A stretch of DNA of 63,534 bases, the filler included, from Porpidia crustulata (Eukaryota): assembly GCA_964255105.1 (NCBI GenBank). It is 7 parts of 7 records of this genome, joined end to end, with 100 filler letters (N's around TTAATTAATTAA, not from the genome) between each part and the next. Parts side by side here need not be neighbours in the genome. Positions count along the whole stretch, not along the records: positions 54,555 to 63,534 come from CAXUWE010001020.1; 6 more parts are not named here. One strand, 5' to 3'. The position numbers and the translations under genes are program-made. The notes below the pieces were generated by a model. The model ran no database searches. It worked only from the letters and a program-made list of their open reading frames with translations, and had not been told where the DNA came from. Numbering within the stretch: the first letter of the stretch is position 1; the number at the start of each line of letters is the position of its first letter. Shown one piece after another: positions 54,555-63,534 of this stretch.

Positions 54555-55185
54555 ATGGTCGGGTATACCACGGGTAAGCAAATTTACGATTGACAAGCGA
54601 TTCGACCCAACGATATAAAGCAAGCGTTAAGCGCGTAAATAGCAACAGTAAGACGAGCCATCTATCTAGCCGAGATGCAAGAATCAGAACAGAAGCTCAA
54701 AGATAACTTAGCTCATTAGCAGATTCCACCCCGGCGGTCCAGCATACAGTCACCCATTATACCTTCGCCGCCAGCGATGCCAATTTCACTTCCATGTTTT
54801 TTTTTTTGGCTAGCGAGTGACGTGCCACGAGACATGTTATTAGGATTATCAAATTTTATGAGGTAGTCGTTGACGACTGAAGTGGAAAGGCGATGAATGG
54901 TGAAGCGCAATCAAGAAATGCTCTGCTCAAGGTAATTCGAGTTTTTTAAGACGAGAAGCCGGTAGATCGGGCTAGAAAACTCAATAACAATTAACAGCGG
55001 ATGGCGGGCCAGAGGATGAATCTAAACACGCTCCTGAGATTGTGCAAAAGTAGACTAAGAAGCGCAGGAAGGGTCCGGGTAGCAGTAACGTTGATCTGCT
55101 ACCACTAGTAGTAAGATCATGGACCGGTTCCTGGATGAGCTCGAGTCCTGTTGTTCTTGCTTCCCGGTTATAGCGACGTATGCCG

Positions 55186-56727
55186 TCATGGGTGTAAGTC
55201 ACAATGCCGGCAAATGTGTTGCTTCTGCCTCTTCCCGCCAGACTCGAGGAAACGAAAAATCTCCGCGCTGCCATGGACATGATACTGGACGCAGTCGCCC
55301 AAGGCATAAGACAAAGGATCCCAGGTATGGCTATGCGTATCAAATCTCGTCAGCGCGAGATACTCTTTGGCCATGGCCTGAAAGGTATCGTGCCAGGGGC
55401 GAAAGACTTTATGGCCTTCTTTCTGCGATGCATAATGTTTCGAGAAGAGCGAAACCTGCTCTAGCCGAAGGCTTCGGAGGGTTTGACGGTGTCTGCCGAA
55501 AAAGTCTAGGAATTCCTTAGGGTGTAAGGTCATGCAGCCAAGACTCACGGAGCGGAGACAAGGCCATGTACCGATTCCTATCAGCTTTACGAACGAGGGT
55601 ACTTCGGTTGGTTCAAAGGCAGGTATCTCGTTGAATTCGAGGCCTAAGATTTCCAAATGCGTCGCCGCACTCAGGACAATGGCAATGCTCCCAGACTCAA
55701 GTGTCCGTGACCACGTATTACGACCTCTTCTACTGGATTGACAATCGAAGATAAAACTTGAGTCAAGCCTCAGTATGACTGTTCTTAGATTGCGGAAAGC
55801 ATTAGTCGTATGACGAAGTTCACTGGGCGACATGTCGAGGATCGAATGAGATAGCCCGCTGTAGTCGCTGATGCAGTCAACCTCGAAAGACTCAACTTTC
55901 GTTATGTTTGCCATAGACGCCGCTTGCATTAGGACCGAGAATCCTCGATACCACGAACGATCGTGGTCCGGAACCACGTCCTCGGCGAAGTCTGGCCATG
56001 GACGCGGATCTAGAACAACAGCATCGGAACCGCGGGTACCTTCATTGTGGACAAAGAGGCTGACCTCTCGAATTCCTTCGAGACCACCTTCACCGAAACA
56101 GGATTCCTTATGATTAATGTTCCGAGTGTGACGAGTATCAGAAATCACGAAGCGCCGAACATTCGGCATCTTCGGAAGTCCTTCTACTAGGCGGATCAGA
56201 TCGTCGGGAAGGAACGGTAAAACTTCAGCACGCATTTCAGGATTGTCCAACAAGGATACGAAGTTGGCAGGTAAAGTAGTAAGGTCTCCGGGTCTCGTGA
56301 GATTTGCCCCATGATATTTGAGAAGGTCGGTCTGCTCCTTCAGACGTGCTTGAAAGTGTTTGAATCCTCGGTCTATGGCAGCTTTTGTAAAAGTAGTCCC
56401 TCTATCAAATGGGGTCTCTAATAAAAGCGTCCTATAGTTCGTTTTGTTCAGCCTTACTCCTTCGATTGGATCGACCGGGTATCTGTACGTAGAGTCATAG
56501 ATGATTTCTCTGACATATTGACTAAGTACCTGGTGGTTCGAGATCGATGTCAGGTTCTGCCTATCTTGTAGCTGCGTCGAAATGTGGACAGTCCGAAAGA
56601 GGAATTGAGATGTCACGATGGCGATGCCTTTACAGACAGAGCGAAGTCTCTTGAGATCTGCCACCGGTAGTCGTTGCGTGATCTCGACCAGCAATTCTGG
56701 AGGTACGTAAGAATGTCCAACATTCAT
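55186..56727 (-). CDS. F-box domain protein with LRR-like C-terminal region (513 aa, single exon)
   Basis: N-terminal VPPELLVEITQRLPVADLKRLRSVCK...FLFRTV F-box pattern; LRTVIL, LEILGL, WPCLRSVSL and LRSLRL repeats. Confidence 0.8.
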   Translation of the reverse strand: MNVGHSYVPPELLVEITQRLPVADLKRLRSVCKGIAIVTSQFLFRTVHISTQLQDRQNLTSISNHQVLSQYVREIIYDSTYRYPVDPIEGVRLNKTNYRTLLLETPFDRGTTFTKAAIDRGFKHFQARLKEQTDLLKYHGANLTRPGDLTTLPANFVSLLDNPEMRAEVLPFLPDDLIRLVEGLPKMPNVRRFVISDTRHTRNINHKESCFGEGGLEGIREVSLFVHNEGTRGSDAVVLDPRPWPDFAEDVVPDHDRSWYRGFSVLMQAASMANITKVESFEVDCISDYSGLSHSILDMSPSELRHTTNAFRNLRTVILRLDSSFIFDCQSSRRGRNTWSRTLESGSIAIVLSAATHLEILGLEFNEIPAFEPTEVPSFVKLIGIGTWPCLRSVSLGCMTLHPKEFLDFFGRHRQTLRSLRLEQVSLFSKHYASQKEGHKVFRPWHDTFQAMAKEYLALTRFDTHSHTWDPLSYALGDCVQYHVHGSAEIFRFLESGGKRQKQHICRHCDLHP

Positions 56728-57933
56728 CTTCGCTGTGTCTTGGGCAGTCGATTTGATAGCCTAAGGCCAGAGCCGCTGAAGGTGTGGTAACGGAGGTTGT
56801 TAACTGAGACACTGGCTTTGCCAATGCCATGAAGATCTAGCCTACCAGTATCAGTCACGATGCCATGTTATCTCTCAAGTGGTGCAGCCGAGCAAGCCGA
56901 TAGCTCATAATTGAAGGCTCAAGCTGACCTGAAGGTGTATTACACTTTCCTTGGACGTTGTAACAATATACCGAGTACTATCGCGTAAAATAGTTGCACA
57001 AAAAATTAAACTGAGTGAGAGCTTGAACATAGAAATCCCGCTCTATCTATACGTTGAAGCTGGAAATGAACACACTAGACGGACTGATAGTTCATGGAAA
57101 TGTAGTTTCATTAAACATGGAGAGAAGGACGAGGGCAATCAGATGGGAGTAGAAGTGGAGTGCCAGCACAAGATGAAGTATTGGAGATGTTGTAAATGAG
57201 ACAGTGGGAACGCGTGGGTGAGCCACTTGGGGCAAGCGCGTCCAGCGGACACGCAGTTTTGGAAAAGTGGAGAGGATAAAGTGAATTGACAGGTTGATAA
57301 CGAAACACGCAATTCTAACCGCTTCTCCATACAAGCTCGAGGCATCAAAGTAAGCTGTCTCAAGCTTTCACCTAATCCTTCCTTATCCCAACATATTCCA
57401 GCATAGTAAGTGGCTGCTCTGTGAGGGTTTTCCGAGGTTTGTGTGGGAAATATAGGTTAAATTCAGTGGTAAGGAGCTAGAAAAGAAGTCATGATGGAGA
57501 GCGAGGGTCATACTAAAATTCGATGGAGGAGCAGACTAAGGACTAAATTGGATTGTTGAGGCTTGGGACCGTTATCACTTCAGGTCTTCCGGCGCCCAGG
57601 CGTAGGTGCAACGTTGAAGTCAAGAGGTAGGCAAAAGTCAAGATACAAACAGTTAGTAGACAGGAGGGCCACAACAGGGCGCTAACTAGAGCAAGGTGGA
57701 GCCAAAGATCACGGTCGTAGATAGATAATAATGCTGTTCAGGTGTTGTTGGAATGCTGAAATCCGAGTAGAGTCGATTGGGTCGGAGGAACTAGGTGGCC
57801 AAGAAGAGATGTCTCATAACTTTTAAAGCCACGACTTTTCAGTAGCTAGCTCATGAGGTACCTTGTTGATCCACGAAGATTTGTTCACGGTTAATCGAAG
57901 ATGTTCCATCTGGACATTTAACTCTCCCTTCGA

Positions 57934-58621
57934 TTAAGAAGGAGCATTCTTGAACAATTCATCTACCCGTTCCTGTAAAACTTCCTTGACGAGTTTCCGG
58001 AGTTTAGACCCACGTCGATTGCTCGCCACATAGTCCTCCACCTCATCCTAATCGACCTGGCTCAAGATTGATTCCGATGCACGCTTAAGTTCCATAGCCG
58101 AGATTTCATTCGTACTTGCAGCTCGCTGATCGTAAAGGATCGAGAACTTGGGTATGGAATCTTTCCGGAATAAGCTCTTTGATGGATATTGTAAAGCTTG
58201 CGATCGACGTTTGATGCATGGGCTGTCTAGGCTGCACTCGCTCTCCGATGTAGATGATCGCTTGGTGCCCTTAGTGGGTGTTGGTGTAGGAGTAAGAGGC
58301 AGATTGCCGTGCGCTAAATATGTGGCGGATGACTGCGCTGGTTTATGTGGAGTTGTCGGACAGAATTTCGTTTCTTTGCCATTCATTATGCCATACTGCT
58401 CGGGCTGGACTGAATTATTGCTCTATGGGCAATCATTTTAGCGATTGACAAACCATGACAATACCTACTTGGGTCTCACTTACGGAGCGTTGACTCGAGG
58501 CAGCTGGTCCATTATCAGCTAATATTCGCTCACTGTCTTCACTTATAATAAAGTCCTGATCATGAGCAAGACGCAGATTAGTCGAATCAGACGGCCTCAT
58601 GTCCATCAAGGCCGAGGTCAT
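57934..58621 (-). CDS. Two-exon hypothetical protein interrupted by an in-frame TAG at 58048-58050 (VD*DEV)
   Basis: ORFs 58433..58621 and 58048..58386 join in frame via intron 58423-58468 (GTAGGT...TAG). After TAG the frame reads DEVEDYVASNRRGSKLRKLVKEVLQERVDELFKNAPS*, an amphipathic helical segment. Confidence 0.6.
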
Positions 58622-59434
58622 GGCGTTGGAGGATTTGGCGAAACCAGGAAAGATGTTGAATTAAGCCACGCCGATACCAAGCTAAGTAAAGCTGAAGAAG
58701 TACCTACTTTAGATTATGGGCAGTAGCATATGGTAATCGGGACATAATTCGTGGGGTTGGGCGGAGTTTGCTGGTACCCTAGGGCTTATCGATTCCGACG
58801 CGTCGATGTGACGCGCGCTGCGCCTATGATTTCCGACCACACTTGCCCGCTGTGATTATAGCGATTCATCGCACCCCTTCAAGGAAAATTGCTTCTGAGG
58901 ATGTCGAAGACAGCTAGAATGTATTTCATTTGACGAAAAACTGACGTAGAGGTCGATTTAGTCTCACCACCGAAATATGGATATCGATTTACGCGAGTTT
59001 TTAGCCGCGCCCGACTTTCCTGATCACTTGCGTGTTCGCTACACAGTCCACAAAATCCACAATCAGTCCCATGAACCTGATTGAGCTTGAGGAATTAAGG
59101 TGGAGTAGCGAATGAAGGTCTGAAGCTAAGACCGGATTAAATGAGGTCACACAGGATTGCTCCTTTTAATTCATCCTGCCATTCAATCGTTATCGTCCGT
59201 ATATATATAAATAGATCGCTTTCCACCCTTCTTCAACAGCTTAGACCTTGCTGAAACAGACCTTTGCTTCTCCTGAGTCCAAAAACGATGCGAGCACGAT
59301 GAAAGTCACGTTCAGCCAACAACTCAGTCCATGTTATAGATCTCTCATCCATCAAGCAACTTTAGGCCTGGCAAACGGTTAGAAGTATACGAACCTCGTC
59401 TACATCAGGCTTACCCCTTGGTTTATTCCAAGAA

Positions 59435-60582
59435 CTACATAGTCATACTGTTATTCAGCTTTGAGGAATCCTTCGTCTCTCCAGGTGGCAAGCCAAGCTG
59501 CACGCGAAGATGACCTTGTTGACCTTGAGAACAAGTGAGTCAATCTTTCGACGATGGAACTAAACAAGAAATCGTGTGGCTTACCGATATGCAGCGCTTC
59601 GCCATACTCCCCGAATCTCAAGCACATCCCGTCAATGGCAACGGCAGCAAGCCATATGTCATACCATGAAGTAGTGTCTGGGAGCGAAATGGAGTCGCTA
59701 TCAATCCATGAAAAGCATGTCCCACCAGCTATTAATAGTATGCATCAGTTGAACCAGCACGGACAGTTGGGCATGGACTTTCTCACGAGCTGTGAAGCTA
59801 ACGGGCAGCGTATTTGTGACTCCTGAACTACCAATTCGCCCGAAGCTCTCCTCTGCAGTCCTTACATACATAGCATCCAAGGATCTATCGCAGACGAATC
59901 TCCGAGGGGCAGCTGAGGGTCGATGACATAGCACCGATGGTTTATAGGCGGTCAAGATAACACTGATATCTGCGTTGCCTGCTTAGGAGTGTCAGCCCTT
60001 GAACAAGTTTAGGCATGCAAAAGCTTTCTCTTAGCTGCTTGTTAGTGCTCACCTATGACCCGACTTACTCCACCGATTGGAGCTCGAGTATTTGTCACGC
60101 AATAGTTCACGACTGATGCCGCTGCCCTTGCGATCATGCCCATGGTCACAGAGACTGATGGACTAGGGCCTGACAACTCTAGATCAAGAGCACAAAGACC
60201 GTCCCCTAACATTGCTTCATTAGCAAAGCACATGCGGGGGAGGCATATGGAAAGGTCACCTACAGCTGATATATCGTTTCGGGAGCGTAATATCCCAATT
60301 CCCAGTGCCCCGCCTTCCAATTCGTTGCGTCTTGCCGGAATTATCAATCTGGGTCAGAAGATCATAACAGCTTTCACTTTTGGCAATCTGACCATATTGC
60401 TTTGCGTCACAAATTATGAAGGGTTGGCCCATAATTGATGCGTTCAAGGATAGAGTGGAAATATTGAATTGTGGTGAGATTGCTATGGCTCGTTGCGGAT
60501 GAGCCTCGACAGATGTTAGCAACGAGCGAAGGATTGTGATTATGAGAGCCAGGAAGCTTTTGAGTATATGAGAAATGATCAT
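59435..60582 (-). CDS. Secreted Cys-containing protein (~298 aa) with two tandem homologous domains; 5 exons
   Basis: Hydrophobic signal peptide. Exons 60264-60582, 60053-60205, 59787-59978, 59585-59728 and 59435-59523 splice to an open 897-nt CDS. Motifs C..YG..SC..GRRG..WDITLP.RYISWDGLC and SWYDIWLAAVAIDGMC..G..G. Confidence 0.85.
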
Positions 60583-61790
60583 GGCTTCAGATGAGCTTCA
60601 CAAATAGCACTCTTTCAGATATACAGAGTATTGCATACACAAGAGGACAAAGTGGAAGTCCAACGGAAAATAAGCGTTCTTATATACACATTTCAACATC
60701 TTAGCCATGGTTGTTCTGCCAGCATTCGTCGCTTGTTGGTTTTATGAGAGCTCAAAAGTGCGGCTCTCGTTGTGAACCTTTTTTGGACTGATGCGTCTGT
60801 GCCAATGCTTTGACCCAGCCCTTGGATCCGCAAACTTTCCGACCTCTGTGATTACGTTGTCTCTATTGGAGATTCTTCAACTCAAAACCACGACTCTGCG
60901 AGTGACATTGAATTCTGTCGACAAAACTGTTCGATAGGCCCTGAGACTGCCGTCAAGAATTCTGACGCACTTAAAGCCACATGCAGATTTCATGTGGCCT
61001 TTTTACACTTCGCCTGATTCGTCAGGCTCTCTGTAAACCCGCAGATATTGTGATCAGTATTGCTGTGAAAGATCGGAAATAGTTAATTCTACGTCAAGGC
61101 ACATGGATAGGAAGCTTAAGGAGCGGTATCAAATACCCGAAGGGCCACCATGTATCTTGCAAATTCGCCTCGCTACTATGTAAAGTTTTGGAAGAGGAGA
61201 TAACAACTCGAGATTTATTCATGGATGTTCAAAGAACCGTAGAAACGCTGTCAAAAGTCCTTAGCACTGAGAGTGTTGAAAAACGATAGAGTTTAGGATC
61301 ATCCATCTACTCAGCAATCCGTGCCAATGGAAGTCAAACCTACAAAGCTTCTTCACAGCTATGGAGAGGATCTCCAGCATGATCCTGACCACAGTGCTTC
61401 GTGTAACCATAGGCTGTGAAGCGGAGGATTTTCATTGAATGATGAATTTGTTCAAAAGGTATCCTGTAGAGGTTCGTGTCCCCTTCGGCTAAACCAGCCC
61501 TAATCCATGATGGAGGTACTAGGCGCTAAAGCGTTAGGGCCATTGCCGAATAGAGCCCTGAATCCCGTCCAATGGCGGAAGCTTACTCACTGCATTCTCC
61601 GCTTTATATCGTTCTTTTCGTCAATTAGGGTAGTTGGGTAGGTAACTCGAAACGCAACCTCAATCCATCGAATCTATTCCTATCCCATCATTCGTTTGTG
61701 CTCTAGATGACCCTCCAGCTTCACTTCCACTCGTTGGGGTTTTCTCACAATCAAATCTATCTACATAAATCATCATAACACAAGTCAACC

Positions 61791-62631
61791 ATGTTCCAGG
61801 TCTTATCCGTCGCTCTTTTCGTGTTCCTTATCGACATATCCTCCGGGCAAACCGTTATATCCAATACCCTCCCCACCTGCGGTCAACAATGTCCCGTCCT
61901 CCTCCAAGCGCAGGGTGGGTGTGTTCCCCCTGCCGCTCCGGTCACGAATCAAGGTATATACCAGTCATGTTTCTGCCAATCGACTTTCCTGCAACCTCTG
62001 TATGGAGGCCCGACGCCCCTTTGCCCAACGTGCTCGACTGGAGACATGACAACAGTGCAGAACTGGTTTCAGGGATTGTGTAAAGCTGGAGCACCGGTGG
62101 TAGGCGGACAGCAACCGACATCCACAACCTCGACACCGCCATCGACGACTTCTACCATACCGGCCTCGACATCGGCCACGGGGTTGATCGGGGTCAATGA
62201 ATCGGCGATCCCTGGTGGTCAGCAACCGGGATGGTACGAAACCTTCCAAAGTGCCCGCGTGTATTTAGCTAACCCTGACCTCAAATAGGATGTCAACCCA
62301 CTGGCGCTGGGTCGTAATGCTAATCGTCCTCTTCGTCGGCCTCGCCCTCCTCGCCTTCGGCTTCTGGCTCCTTCACCGCCGCTACCGCCGCCGCAAAGCC
62401 GCTCAAGGCACCACCCCCGCGGCCACACAACCCGACCTCGGCGTCTGGGCCCCCAGTCAGAGCGTCCACGATTTCGGCGCTGGAGTCGGGGCGGCGAACA
62501 ACAACGAAAAGGGCAAGGGGAGAGAGAGGGTGGATGCGATTCCCCCGGCAGCCGAGCAGGTGCCCGCGGCCGGAAAAAGGGGCAGTCGGGTGCTGAAGAA
62601 GGGATGGTTGGGACGGAAGGAAGGCGCTTGA
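61791..62631 (+). CDS. Type I membrane protein: signal peptide, Cys-rich (CFEM-like) ectodomain, S/T-rich stalk, TM helix, basic stop-transfer; 2 exons
   Basis: Intron 62234-62288 joins the two ORFs (PGWMSTHWRWVVMLIVL...LLHRRYRRRK); 8 Cys in the ectodomain. Confidence 0.85.
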
Positions 62632-62899
62632 TATCGAGAGTGCGAGGCGCTGCGGCGTTTTTGGGGGTGTGAAGCGTGGAATCGGGGTGCTCAAGTGGGA
62701 GCTAATACTTATGAGTTACGAACCTATTTAATCATCTTGTACTGTTGGCCGTGACTTTTTCAGCGCCGAGGAATCAGTCGGGTACGTTATTGCCCTGAGG
62801 CAGGATCAGTCCCAACATGCCTCGACTACCTATGACATTTTTGGCTATCTCTGCATATCCTGCGCAAGCCTTCCCAAAACATCGGCCCTCACTCGTATC

Positions 62900-63410
62900 C
62901 CATACTCCTTTCCTTCTCATCCTCGTTCATTTCATCGTCTCATTTCTCTCCTTGATTCTCATTTCGCTTTCTTTCTCTCATCTGCGTCATTCACTCGCTT
63001 TCACATTTATTCGTCATCTCGTTATCTTCTTTCATCTTTTTGCTTCTCATTCATCACGTTTCTTTCTTTTTTATATTCATTTTTTTGTTTTCTTTCTTTT
63101 ATTTTTCATCGTTATCTTTTTATTTCTTTTATTTTTTTTGAGGGTTTTTGATTTTCGTTATGTTTAAGTTGTGAAATTTTCTGACTGAGAAACTGAGAAA
63201 GAAGACGAGAAAAAAGAAAGAAGAAGTAGAAGAAGAAGTAGAAGAAGAAGAAGAAGAAGAAGAAGAAAAAAGAAAGAAGAAGAGAAAAAAGAAAAAAGAT
63301 GAAAGAAGAGATAAATTAAAAGAAGTAGAAAAGAGAAGAGAAGAACGAAGAAGAGAAGAAGAAAAAAAGAGATCGAAAGAAAAAGTAAGAGAGAAAATCA
63401 AAAAGTGATG
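62900..63410. repeat. Low-complexity pyrimidine tract followed by purine/(GAA)n tract
   Basis: T/C-rich ~62900-63140, then A/G-rich ~63190-63405 including (GAA)n. Confidence 0.8.
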
Positions 63411-63534
63411 AGAAATGCAACGATTGCGAAGACGGAGATCGTTGACGATTGAGACTAGATCTTTTCGTGAAATGAATTATCAACCCCTCTAGCGATACAT
63501 CAACATCACATCAAGCCATCCAAAACCCCTTCAC

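Noticed and set aside
62817..63401. Phe/Ser-rich ORFs and a mirror-like Y/R tract as membrane proteins or a hairpin
   Set aside because: Low-complexity translation artefacts; the arms do not align specifically.

Overview
Eukaryotic, intron-containing fungal DNA (Pezizomycotina; one secreted-protein type suggests a lichen-forming Lecanoromycete, which is inference). The window is not one locus. It is seven ~9-kb contigs of non-increasing length (9001, 8997, 8992, 8992, 8990, 8982, 8980 bp) joined by artificial 100-bp N44-TTAATTAATTAA-N44 spacers, so gene neighbourhoods across spacers are meaningless. Contig 1: an F-box-like/DUF7730-type gene with an in-frame TAG, a divergent pair of uncharacterised conserved-looking genes, and the FHA-RING ligase dma1. 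Contig 2: utp5 and bdf1. Contig 3: a complete non-reducing PKS (SAT-KS-AT-PT-ACP-ACP-TE, ~2099 aa) with a GC-rich TE. Contig 4: the 3' end of wetA, a GT1 sterol-glucosyltransferase-like gene and a three-stop pseudogene. Contig 5: a CaMKK/Ssp1-Sak1-type kinase. Contig 6: a Myb-like protein with a 306-bp stop-free intron, and hsp60 with a heat-shock element. Contig 7: an F-box gene, a spliced gene with an in-frame TAG, an internally duplicated Cys-rich secreted protein and a Cys-rich single-pass membrane protein. The most intriguing signal is two unlinked, otherwise intact genes each interrupted by TAG in the identical T-TAG-GA context. This fits fungal A-to-I (UAG to UGG) restorative mRNA editing, though simple pseudogenisation is not excluded. 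No rRNA, tRNA, CRISPR or recognisable transposon was found.
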